Shown: positions 37,590-46,081 of the stretch, one piece after another
Layout: each line of letters begins with the position of its first letter
Numbering within the stretch: the stretch's first letter is position 1
Assembly: GCA_964627595.1 (NCBI GenBank)
Contig: CAZVKA010000003.1
Span: forward strand, 1,257-65,256
Direction: 5' to 3'
From: an uncultured Flavobacteriaceae bacterium
GTDB lineage: Bacteria > Bacteroidota > Bacteroidia > Flavobacteriales > Flavobacteriaceae
DNA: 64,000 nt
Position numbers and translations under genes: made by a program
Notes under the pieces: model-generated
Told to the model about the DNA's origin: nothing
What the model saw: the letters and a program-made list of their open reading frames with translations, nothing else
Databases searched by the model: none

Positions 37590-38807
37590 TTATGAGAAAT
37601 TCTGTTTCTTGGTTAAGAGGTTTTTAATTAGAATTATTCCAATAGACAACGGCAGCAAACTGCTTACCGCAAGTAAAAGCTTAAAATAATTAGAAAAGAA
37701 GGGTAATCCCAACCAAATGGAGGTTCCTTTGTAAAAAATAAGACCTTCAGAAAGTATAAATCCCGTTAAATATAAACCTAAGGTAAGTCTGGAAATCTTT
37801 AGTAATCCTGCCATCCTCAGGAAAGCAAACAGCGGTAAGGTTATAAGTCCCAGAAAAACCCAATGAAGGTATCCTATTACAAAGTCAGTAAAAGTAAAGA
37901 CTAGTTCGGCGAAGTATGGATGCGCAGAGAACAGTTGAAGAATGATTTTTACTATTAGCAAGGCAGCAGCTGTTTTTAGAATAAACCTGGTAAAAGGAGG
38001 GAGGTGAAATTGGGTGTTTTTCCATAGTGGTGTTATAATTCCGAAGAATTCCATGAAAGCCATTACCTGTAATAATGCTCCAAGTGCAGCCAGGGCATAA
38101 TATTTCCAGTGGGGTTCTACCCAGAGCACAGATAAAAAAAATGTGAGTATAATGCTGCTGTTAAGCAGGTAGAAGAAGCGTGAAAAATCTTTTTTTTCAA
38201 TGAAGAAGCCCCTCTTTTCTAGAAAGAAAAATAAAATTCCGCAGAGGGCAAGGATGAACCAGGCGTTATATTGAAAATGCAGGTAAAAATAGATGGCCAT
38301 TTTGTACCAGATCGAAGTTTTTCCAAGGGTGGCCATGATCCCCCCAAGAGCCCAGGGGCCAATGCTGGAGAAGACTAGGTACCAGAGCGCAGCTTTAATG
38401 CATTTAAAGGAATTCTTTTTTTTATGATGCACGGGTACCTTTTTTAGTACAAACCAGGTAAACAGGTAAGACGCAAACAGAAAAAGGGTGGAAAAGGTTA
38501 TTGACAGGGCGGCATAACCAGTGAAGGGAAAAGTAAGTAACATCCCCAGCAGTGTGAACTGAGTGAACCAGAAGATGCTTTTGTAGACCTTTTCTTTTCC
38601 TGCCTTCTCAAAATACATTTTGTAGATCAGCGTACTCAGCCCGAGATATACCCACCCCAATAAAGCAATATGGGAATGCGCATGTACTACGTGCCTAAAA
38701 TTCGCGGGAACGGAAGTGACAAAGAATAACCGGAGGAATACCCCCAGCAGGGCCGCAAGGAAAAAATACCCAAGGGCGACCTGGGTGTGTCTTTTAAGAT
38801 TGATCAT
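37590..38807 (-). CDS. Polytopic membrane protein, NnrS / heme-copper subunit I-like
   Basis: About 12 TM; HAHSHIALLGW, YLHFQYNAWF, YLHWVFLG; downstream of norB. Confidence 0.65.
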   Translation of the reverse strand: MINLKRHTQVALGYFFLAALLGVFLRLFFVTSVPANFRHVVHAHSHIALLGWVYLGLSTLIYKMYFEKAGKEKVYKSIFWFTQFTLLGMLLTFPFTGYAALSITFSTLFLFASYLFTWFVLKKVPVHHKKKNSFKCIKAALWYLVFSSIGPWALGGIMATLGKTSIWYKMAIYFYLHFQYNAWFILALCGILFFFLEKRGFFIEKKDFSRFFYLLNSSIILTFFLSVLWVEPHWKYYALAALGALLQVMAFMEFFGIITPLWKNTQFHLPPFTRFILKTAAALLIVKIILQLFSAHPYFAELVFTFTDFVIGYLHWVFLGLITLPLFAFLRMAGLLKISRLTLGLYLTGFILSEGLIFYKGTSIWLGLPFFSNYFKLLLAVSSLLPLSIGIILIKNLLTKKQNFS

Positions 38808-38820
38808 GGTTTAAAATTAG

Positions 38821-38872
38821 AAAAAATAAAAGGGGTGTGGTTAAATTTTCAGGATAGTTAAGACCACACCCC
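38821..38872 (-). terminator. Terminator-like hairpin after norB
   Basis: ggggtgtggt...accacacccc with A-rich run at 38821-38831; large loop. Confidence 0.6.
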
Positions 38873-38897
38873 ATTACAAATATTTCAGAAAACCTTT

Positions 38898-41183
38898 TTA
38901 TTCTACTTCCTCAAGGACAGGTTCTTCTTTTTTGATGCGTTCTTCCTGTACCTTCTTCTTTTTGCTGTTAAGGGAGAAAACAAACCAGACAAAGGCAAAT
39001 AAGCCTATTGCAAAAATGGTATCTCCAATAGCTCTCATCCAGCGCAGGGTATCCATTCCGGGTTGTTGCATGAATTCGGCAGAACGGGCGTACCACATTC
39101 CCTCATTTACACTGGCAACGGTTTGCAGCAATCCAATAGGGAGTACACTTAGCAGTACCATTAGGATAAGCCCAATATTAATAGACCAGAAAGAAAAGCT
39201 CAGGAGTTTGTCATTCCATACCTGTTTTCTATACAGACTTCTTAGCACAAATAGCATCAGGCCAATTCCAAGGAACCCATAAACTCCAAAGAGCGCGGTG
39301 TGAGCATGAACTGCCGTGGTGTTAAGTCCCTGCATATAATAAAGGGCAATTGGTGGGTTGATAATAAACCCAAAGATACCCGCACCCAAAAAGTTCCAGA
39401 ATGCTACGGCAATAAGACAGTAAATAGGCCACTTATAATCCTTGAGCCATTTGGTTGCCTTTGAAAGCTTGTAGTTTTCATAGACTTCATACCCTATCAA
39501 TACGAGGGGCACAACTTCCAAAGCACTAAAGGTTGCTCCCAATGCCATTACCGCTGTGGGGGTACCACTAAAATACAGGTGGTGAAAAGTTCCCAGGATC
39601 CCTCCTGAAAGGAAGATAACAGTAGCTAAGAGCACACCCAGGGTAGCAGTTTTGGTACGTAACAAGCCTAGTCTAACAAAAAGAAAGGCAGATACTACTG
39701 TCGCAAAAACTTCGAAAAAACCTTCTACCCACAGGTGAACTACCCACCAGCGCCAGTATTCGGCAATTGCGAGGTTGGTTTGTCTTCCCCACATAAGCCC
39801 CGCTCCATAGAAGAGTGCAATGGCGGCAGAAGAAACAAGGAACATAATAAGCATGTTTCTTTCAGCAGTTCTTTGTCTTATTACTGGAAGAAGTGGTCGC
39901 ACCATAAGGGCGAGCCATACAAACAGACCCACAAAAAGGAAAATTTGCCAGAACCTTCCAAGATCAACATATTCATAACCTTGATGACCAAACCAGAAGT
40001 TTTCTGCCAGTCCCAATTTTTGCATAATTCCCATCCATTGGCCGGCCATAGAACCGAAAACGATTACTAAAAGACACACGAAGAGAAAATTTACGCCGAG
40101 TTTCTGAAATTTTGGATCCTTCCCCGAAACTGCAGGTGCAATGTAAAGTCCGGTGCCCAGCCAGGCAGTAGCGATCCAGAGTATTCCCAGTTGTACGTGC
40201 CAGGTCCTTGAGATAGAATAGGGGAGAATCTCTGCGAGGTCAAGGCCGTAGAAGCCATCGCCTTCCACTCCGTAATGAGCGGTCACTACTCCAAAGGTCA
40301 CTTGAATAAGAATAAGCACGCAAACGATCCACATATATTTCTTCACAGCGAGCATAGAAGGCGTAATGGTTTGCTTCATGAGTGGATCTTCCACCGGTCT
40401 CTCGGGTTCTTCCTCTTCTTTCATTTTAGCGTGATAGAAAACCATCAATCCAATACCAACGAGTAGAAGGATGATACTGAATCCTGTCCAGATCAAAAGA
40501 TCACCGGTGGCTTTGTTCCCCACCAAATCATCGGGAGGCCAGTTGTGAGTATAGGAAACCTCACTGCCGGGTCTTTCTGTCACCGTTGCCCAGGTAGCCC
40601 AGAAGAAAAAACCGGCCATTTGCTGCATTCTTGCCTCATCCTTAATAGAATTTTTAGGAATAGCGTAGTAATTTCTCAATTCGTCAAGCTCAGGGTTCTC
40701 CATGAACAGCCCGCGATAATAGTCGCTGAGAAAAACCACAGCTTTAGCCCTCATTGGAGAAATGGTGATAGTCCCGGTGGCTTCATCATAGGTGTTTTTT
40801 CTCAACTCCAGTTGAAGTCTTCTTTCCAGTAGCGCCTGTTTTTCACTCTCCAACTCTTCATAAGGTTGGCTGTATTCAGCCTCAGACCATTCGTTGAGAA
40901 TAAACAGGGCCTCCCGGTGTAGCCAGTCGGCCGTCCAGTCGGGAGCCTGATATGCACCATGGCCCCAAATGGAACCTACTTCCTGGCCACCCATACTTTG
41001 CCAAACGTTCTGCCCGTCTTTTATATCCTGACCATCAAAGACGATTTCTCCTTCGGCAGTAACAATTTTTTCTGGTAGTGGAGGAGCTTTTTGATAGATC
41101 TCAAAACCATAATATCCCAGGATGGCAAATGATACCGACATAACCAACAGGAAGGCGATCCATAATTTTCTTTCTTTACTCAT
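38898..41183 (-). CDS. norB: Quinol-dependent nitric oxide reductase (qNor)
   Basis: ATG at 41183; GSIWGHGAYQAPDWTADWLH, WWVVHLWVEG, GTFHH, AVHAHTA; single long subunit, no norC. Confidence 0.95.
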   Translation of the reverse strand: MSKERKLWIAFLLVMSVSFAILGYYGFEIYQKAPPLPEKIVTAEGEIVFDGQDIKDGQNVWQSMGGQEVGSIWGHGAYQAPDWTADWLHREALFILNEWSEAEYSQPYEELESEKQALLERRLQLELRKNTYDEATGTITISPMRAKAVVFLSDYYRGLFMENPELDELRNYYAIPKNSIKDEARMQQMAGFFFWATWATVTERPGSEVSYTHNWPPDDLVGNKATGDLLIWTGFSIILLLVGIGLMVFYHAKMKEEEEPERPVEDPLMKQTITPSMLAVKKYMWIVCVLILIQVTFGVVTAHYGVEGDGFYGLDLAEILPYSISRTWHVQLGILWIATAWLGTGLYIAPAVSGKDPKFQKLGVNFLFVCLLVIVFGSMAGQWMGIMQKLGLAENFWFGHQGYEYVDLGRFWQIFLFVGLFVWLALMVRPLLPVIRQRTAERNMLIMFLVSSAAIALFYGAGLMWGRQTNLAIAEYWRWWVVHLWVEGFFEVFATVVSAFLFVRLGLLRTKTATLGVLLATVIFLSGGILGTFHHLYFSGTPTAVMALGATFSALEVVPLVLIGYEVYENYKLSKATKWLKDYKWPIYCLIAVAFWNFLGAGIFGFIINPPIALYYMQGLNTTAVHAHTALFGVYGFLGIGLMLFVLRSLYRKQVWNDKLLSFSFWSINIGLILMVLLSVLPIGLLQTVASVNEGMWYARSAEFMQQPGMDTLRWMRAIGDTIFAIGLFAFVWFVFSLNSKKKKVQEERIKKEEPVLEEVE

Positions 41184-41306
41184 ATTTGTGCAATAAAATA
41201 GAAGGCCGTTCAATCTTGCCGAGATCCTATAGTTTTCATCTGGATATTGACAGAAATGTGCTATGAACGAACAGCCCTCTTGTATTAATAATTGGTTGAA
41301 AAACGG

Positions 41307-42029
41307 TTAGTTTCTGAGTTCTTTTTCCAGTTGCAGAGATTTTGGGAAAAGAATGTTATTCTCAAGATGAACATGCTGATGGAGGTCCTGCTCAAACTCA
41401 TCCAGTTTTGCATAGAATGCGCGGTAGGTGTTACAGGCTCCTTGTGGCGGGGTATAGTTGTTGCTTAATTTTGCGATTCTTCTAAGCACTTCTCCGGCAT
41501 CCTCATGCTCCACCTCCATCATTTTAATAGGATTATCTACAGTGCCAAAATGAGCATCTGGTAATTCGGTATCCTCTCTTTTAGCCTGCACCATTTTTTT
41601 GACAAAAGGGAAAAGGATCAATTCTTCTTTTTTCATATGGGCACTCAGTTCTCCCGCTACTTCTTTTACGAGTTCCTTTATTTCGAGAAGTTCGGTATAG
41701 TGGTGGCCGTGAACCTGCGCTACCCGGTCTGCATATTGTAGTAAAAGCGGGATATTCTCTTCTACGTAAGAGTGATGAACGTTGATAATATGATCGGTTA
41801 AAAAGTCGAGCTCCCAGCTGTTGTAATTCGTGGCACGTGAAACACTGCTGTCTACGTTCAGCAGGTCATTGGCAAGGATTTCATAATCCACCCCGGCTTT
41901 GTCGCAGGCTTTTTGAATGCTGATCCCGCCACCACAGCAAAAATCGATTCCATACTTCTTAAAGACGTGTGCTGTCTTGATATTTTCGGTTACAAGGTCT
42001 GCGACTGTTTTTGATGCTAATTCCTTCAT
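41307..42029 (-). CDS. ric: Iron-sulfur cluster repair di-iron protein
   Basis: IDFCCGG, HHSY, HMKKEE..LFP, EHEDAG, HVHLENN. Confidence 0.95.
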   Translation of the reverse strand: MKELASKTVADLVTENIKTAHVFKKYGIDFCCGGGISIQKACDKAGVDYEILANDLLNVDSSVSRATNYNSWELDFLTDHIINVHHSYVEENIPLLLQYADRVAQVHGHHYTELLEIKELVKEVAGELSAHMKKEELILFPFVKKMVQAKREDTELPDAHFGTVDNPIKMMEVEHEDAGEVLRRIAKLSNNYTPPQGACNTYRAFYAKLDEFEQDLHQHVHLENNILFPKSLQLEKELRN

Positions 42030-42102
42030 GACTTTATTTTTAATTGTTCTTAATAGGTGGTTTAAAATATTGGAACAAAAGTCATTAATATAGCGTCATT
42101 GG

Positions 42103-42122
42103 ATTATGAGGCAGGTCATAAA
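42103..42122 (-). promoter_or_regulatory. Crp/Fnr-type box upstream of ric-norB
   Basis: attaTGA-ggcagg-TCAtaaa; -7-like GACTTTTG (minus) at 42076-42083, 23 nt away. Confidence 0.8.
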
Positions 42123-42136
42123 GGACATTTTTGTCC
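42123..42136. promoter_or_regulatory. GACA-N4-TGTC palindrome next to the ric box
   Basis: GGACA-tttt-TGTCC. Confidence 0.6.
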
Positions 42137-42150
42137 GGTTTTTTTTAAAT

Positions 42151-42180
42151 AAAAACGGCGCCGTGTTTAGAGGTGCCGTT
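42151..42180 (-). terminator. Putative terminator after usp
   Basis: aacggcgcc...ggtgccgtt with short A-run. Confidence 0.5.
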
Positions 42181-42225
42181 CTGCAGATTAAATAAAGAAA
42201 TACTAACTAAATAAAATAATACTAA

Positions 42226-43038
42226 TTACCCGTGTAGGACTAGTAAAGGCAATTGATTTATAAAAGGAATATTATCATCCTGGTCGTTCTGCAGGAATTT
42301 TTGACAAAGGTTGAGGTTTTTAGCGGCCAGTACGATCATGTCTACATTGCGGTTGGACACAAAGATTTTTTTGGTGCTCTGTTCTTTAGTAGCATAATAG
42401 GTTTGCAGCACCGGTACCTTTGGAGAAAATGAATCCTGAAGGAAATCCCTGTTTTCTTGTTGTTCTGGAGAAGGCTCCTTCTCAGAATTAAAGATCTCCA
42501 GTATCTTGACATTAGCATTAGAGAGAGAAGCAAGGTTGAGAAGGGTACGCAGCATTCTGCTTCCATAATGGATCTTATAATCTGTAGGGAAAAGAATCTC
42601 CTTGTGCTCCTTAAAAGTGGCGTGTTCTGAAATAGCAAGAACAGGACACTTAACCTTTCTCATGACATCTGAGGTATGTTTCCCTATCACCGCGCCCTGA
42701 TCATTTGTGGCGCCTTTGGTGCCCATTAGGATAAGATCGATCTTCTTTTCACTGCATTTTTCCCGTACCGCCTCAATAAGGTAATCTGCTTTAAAGCAGA
42801 TATGAAAATGATGATCTGCATTGGTTTTCATTTTCTCAAGCCACCCAAGCATTTCATCAAATTTCTCCTTAACGTCAGGAGGAATAGTCACATAGCTTGT
42901 GCCCAGATCTTTGCCAGGAAAAGGAGCCACGTGCAGTAAATAAAAATTACTGGGCGTGTCCTTTAGGAACTGCAAAGCGTAAGCAGCTGCATTCCTGGCA
43001 TTTTCTGAAAAATCGGTGGGCAATAAGATATTCATCAT
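42226..43038 (-). CDS. Universal stress protein (tandem USP domains)
   Basis: ILLPTDFSENA, DLILMGTKG, KCPVLAI, ILFPTDY. Confidence 0.92.
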   Translation of the reverse strand: MMNILLPTDFSENARNAAAYALQFLKDTPSNFYLLHVAPFPGKDLGTSYVTIPPDVKEKFDEMLGWLEKMKTNADHHFHICFKADYLIEAVREKCSEKKIDLILMGTKGATNDQGAVIGKHTSDVMRKVKCPVLAISEHATFKEHKEILFPTDYKIHYGSRMLRTLLNLASLSNANVKILEIFNSEKEPSPEQQENRDFLQDSFSPKVPVLQTYYATKEQSTKKIFVSNRNVDMIVLAAKNLNLCQKFLQNDQDDNIPFINQLPLLVLHG

Positions 43039-43087
43039 CAGTCACATCTATTTTACCCTGCAAAAATATGCCCGAAGCGAAGCGGAA

Positions 43088-43107
43088 AAAATGATGAAAA
43101 TCAGTTA
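43088..43107 (-). promoter_or_regulatory. Crp/Fnr-type box upstream of usp
   Basis: aaaaTGA-tgaaaa-TCAgtta; -7 TATTTTTG (minus) at 43061-43068, 23 nt away. Confidence 0.78.
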
Positions 43108-43146
43108 TAGAGAAAAAGCTGTAGCCAGTCTCATTCTAACATCTTC

Positions 43147-43187
43147 AAAAAAAATACTCTGTAAAAATCACTTTTTACAGAGTATTT
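43147..43187 (-). terminator. Terminator after the two-component pair
   Basis: aaatactctgtaaaaa-tcac-tttttacagagtattt with A-run. Confidence 0.75.
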
Positions 43188-43211
43188 AATAATTTACATT
43201 TTAGACGTGTC

Positions 43212-44267
43212 TTAGCTTATCCTTTTCAGAGCCTCGACGTCCAAGAGTTTAATGTTTCGTCCCTCAATTTCCAGTAAGCCTTCCTTTTTAAAATCAGATA
43301 GCGTACGTATCAGGGTTTCTGAAGCCATCCCCGCGACACTGGCAAGATCACTCCTCGAGATCCTGATGCTCTGTGTTGGATGTCTTCTGATCTTCTGAGA
43401 GAATAATAGAATGGTACGGGCTGCTTTCTTGCGAACAGAGCCGTAAGCCATTTCAAGTAATTGCTCCTTAATTCCCGAAATGTTGTCTCCCATCACATCA
43501 ATCAATTCAAGGGTGATATTGCTATTATTAACCAAAATATCTTTTAGCTCCTCCTTTGGAATAGCATAAACTCGCGTTTCCTCCATGGCGGTGGCATTTT
43601 CTTCATATGGAGCATTTTTTCCAAATGCTGTATTCCCGAAGAAATCTCCTTCCTTATAAATGGAGGTGATCAATTCTTTGCCATACTGGTCCATACGGTG
43701 GCTTTTTACCACTCCGCGGTCTACAAAATAAAAGTGATTGCTTTGTTTCCCTTCCTCATAAATGGTTTCACCTGCCTTAAAGGTTTGGAGTTCATATTTT
43801 TTTACGATCTCCCTAAGGTCTTTTAGGGAGCTAACCTTCTCTTTGGGTTGTGTTTCTTGTGAACCTTTCTTATCATTTTCCCTGATCTTATTGAGAATGG
43901 CCACTTTGGCCAACCTGCTTTCTATGGCACTTATCAACTCCTCTTCTTCAAAAGGTTTGGTAAGATAATCATCTGCACCCAGGTCCATACCCTTTCTAAT
44001 ATCTTTATGTTCTGTTTTTGCTGAAAGAAAGATAAAAGGAATGTGCTGGGTTTGAGGGTCATTTGCAAGAGCCTGCAGCACCCCGTACCCATCCATTTCG
44101 GGCATCATGATGTCACAAACCACTATATCTGGATGCTCTTGTTTAGCAACGGCAACACCCGCTTTTCCATTAGAGGCAGTGACCACATCATACTCCGCCA
44201 ATTCAAGTAATTCTGCGGTATTTTCCCTTACCACGGTGTCATCTTCTATAAATAAAACTTTTTTCAT
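43212..44267 (-). CDS. Response regulator: REC domain fused to a complete Crp/Fnr module
   Basis: IEDD, CDIMMP, FLSAK, YLTKPF; then cNMP-fold (EGDFFG) and HTH SRSDLASVAGMASETLIR. Confidence 0.93.
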   Translation of the reverse strand: MKKVLFIEDDTVVRENTAELLELAEYDVVTASNGKAGVAVAKQEHPDIVVCDIMMPEMDGYGVLQALANDPQTQHIPFIFLSAKTEHKDIRKGMDLGADDYLTKPFEEEELISAIESRLAKVAILNKIRENDKKGSQETQPKEKVSSLKDLREIVKKYELQTFKAGETIYEEGKQSNHFYFVDRGVVKSHRMDQYGKELITSIYKEGDFFGNTAFGKNAPYEENATAMEETRVYAIPKEELKDILVNNSNITLELIDVMGDNISGIKEQLLEMAYGSVRKKAARTILLFSQKIRRHPTQSIRISRSDLASVAGMASETLIRTLSDFKKEGLLEIEGRNIKLLDVEALKRIS

Positions 44268-45505
44268 TCTTTAAAAATAGGTAGTTCTACAATAAATTGG
44301 GTGCCGGCATTTTCTTCACTTTTAAAGCTTATAGAGCCGCCCAGATTCTCCAGGTGAACCTTGGCGATATTAAGACCAATCCCGGTTCCCTGGTTTAGAA
44401 GGGCATTTTCTGCCCTAAAATATCTTTCAAATATATGCTTTTGATCTTTTTTAGGAATACCCATTCCCTGGTCGACTACTTTAAAGGTGATCATTCCATT
44501 TGAGGTTTCCACGTCAAATTTAATCAGTGTATTTTCTGGAGAATATTTGATCGCATTGCTCAGAAGATTGGAAATGACCAGTTCAAGGATCTTTTCATCC
44601 TGGTGCAGGGTGATATTTTCAATATTGCGGGGATATTGGATCTCCTGGCCGCTCTTTAAGGTTACATTGGCATTGTACACCACCTCATTGACCAGTTTAC
44701 TAAGACTAAAAGTGGAAAACTTGTAATTCACCTTTCCACTTTCCAAGCGCTCAATGGAGAGAAAGTCATTTAAGATATTATCCAGGTAATGAACTTTGCT
44801 TTTAATGGTATTGAGGTGTTTTTCCCTTTTTTCCTGCTGGTCTTCCAGCTTATATTTTCCCGCCAGTACTACAGAGGTGAGAATTCCGCTGAGAGGAGTT
44901 TTGAATTCATGTGAAACCAGGGAAAGGAATTTGGTCTTGAGTTCATTGAGCTCCTTTTCTTTTTGAAGGGCAATTTTAATTCGATTTTCAGCTTCTTTAC
45001 GCCTCTTGATTTCCAGTTCAAGGTTTTTATTAGCATTTTGCAGCTTTTGAATGCTCTCTTCCAGTTCTTTTGTGCGAACCCTGATTTTGCTTTCCAGTTC
45101 TGTATTGAGCTCCTTTATCTGCCGCTGCGCCTCTTTTCGAACCGAAATATCAATAATAAGCGACATCACATAGTTTTCACCTCCAATTGTGAAAGGATTC
45201 AAACCTGCTTCTACGGGAAACTCTTCGCCATTCTTCTTCACCCCATAGAGATCCCTGCCATGGCCCATTTGTCGTTTTTCACTGTGCTCCATGAAGGCTT
45301 TGAAATGGGAAGGATGAGCTGCATGATATTTGCGCGGGATAAGCGTGTTTAATGATTTGCCCACCAGTTCGCCTTTCTCATATCCAAACATTGTATCTGC
45401 CGCTAGGTTACTACTTACTATTACCTGTGATTCATCCACTACGATAATCCCTTCGGAAGCAGCTTCAAAAAGAACATTAAAGACATTCTCGTTTTTTTCA
45501 AACAT
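44264..45505 (-). CDS. Cytoplasmic PAS histidine kinase, FixL-like heme-PAS
   Basis: LIPRKYHAAH...MGHGRDLYGVKKNGEEFPVE; SHEFKTPL, NAIKYS, DQGMGI, GTGIGL; no TM; ATGA overlap with the regulator. Confidence 0.9.
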   Translation of the reverse strand: MFEKNENVFNVLFEAASEGIIVVDESQVIVSSNLAADTMFGYEKGELVGKSLNTLIPRKYHAAHPSHFKAFMEHSEKRQMGHGRDLYGVKKNGEEFPVEAGLNPFTIGGENYVMSLIIDISVRKEAQRQIKELNTELESKIRVRTKELEESIQKLQNANKNLELEIKRRKEAENRIKIALQKEKELNELKTKFLSLVSHEFKTPLSGILTSVVLAGKYKLEDQQEKREKHLNTIKSKVHYLDNILNDFLSIERLESGKVNYKFSTFSLSKLVNEVVYNANVTLKSGQEIQYPRNIENITLHQDEKILELVISNLLSNAIKYSPENTLIKFDVETSNGMITFKVVDQGMGIPKKDQKHIFERYFRAENALLNQGTGIGLNIAKVHLENLGGSISFKSEENAGTQFIVELPIFKE

Positions 45506-45641
45506 ACATTATCTGTTCAATCAGTCCTGCTGAAGAAACCCAGCTCTGATTTTTTACTGAAGATCAAATTTACATAAATTCACTGAACTATCGCGAGCCG
45601 CGGCAGGGGGTATTCAAAAAATGAAATTCGACAGGAGCTGC

Positions 45642-45675
45642 AAAAAAAAGATCCGGTGAAATTTCTCACCGGATC
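45642..45675 (-). terminator. Intrinsic terminator
   Basis: gatccggtga-aatttc-tcaccggatc with A8 run. Confidence 0.8.
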
Positions 45676-45741
45676 CTCCATTACAGATCTTACATTTAAC
45701 TATCCATCTAACATCTACTCATGCAGGTGTAAGACCTGAAA

Positions 45742-45954
45742 TTATCCTTCTGCCTCGTCTTCAGCCGAGACGTAATCTTTATCTACGGGAAGCACATTGT
45801 TGGCAAGTCTTATGACGGCCATCGCGATAAGGATGGCGGTAATTACAAATAGCAGAAATTTTACCATGAGGCTATTCTCCAAAATGTCCTCATAAAAGGT
45901 AAGGATGATCTCTATTGCTAAAAAGGCTACTTTAAAACTTGCTTTCAACACCAT
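45742..45954 (-). CDS. Small membrane protein (70 aa)
   Basis: ATG at 45954; hydrophobic helices; -7 TAAATTTG at 46030-46037 upstream and terminator downstream. Confidence 0.6.
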   Translation of the reverse strand: MVLKASFKVAFLAIEIILTFYEDILENSLMVKFLLFVITAILIAMAVIRLANNVLPVDKDYVSAEDEAEG

Positions 45955-46081
45955 GGGTAATTCATGTAATAGATTTATAAATATACAATGGTGTAAAAAC
46001 AAAACGTGTACCCAAATTCACCTTTGACTCAAATTTAACTGAGTGGGCTGTAAAGGTTAATTAATTTAGGTTAATGATGTT

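Noticed and set aside
41184-41306. Possible structured RNA between ric and norB (cgttca...tgaacg)
   Set aside because: Pairing short and interrupted; cannot be supported without folding or covariation.
10543-46060. TTAAC upstream of -7-like elements at 10543, 37563 and 46056 as another promoter class
   Set aside because: Spacing inconsistent (17, 22, 18 nt) and motif too common in AT-rich DNA.
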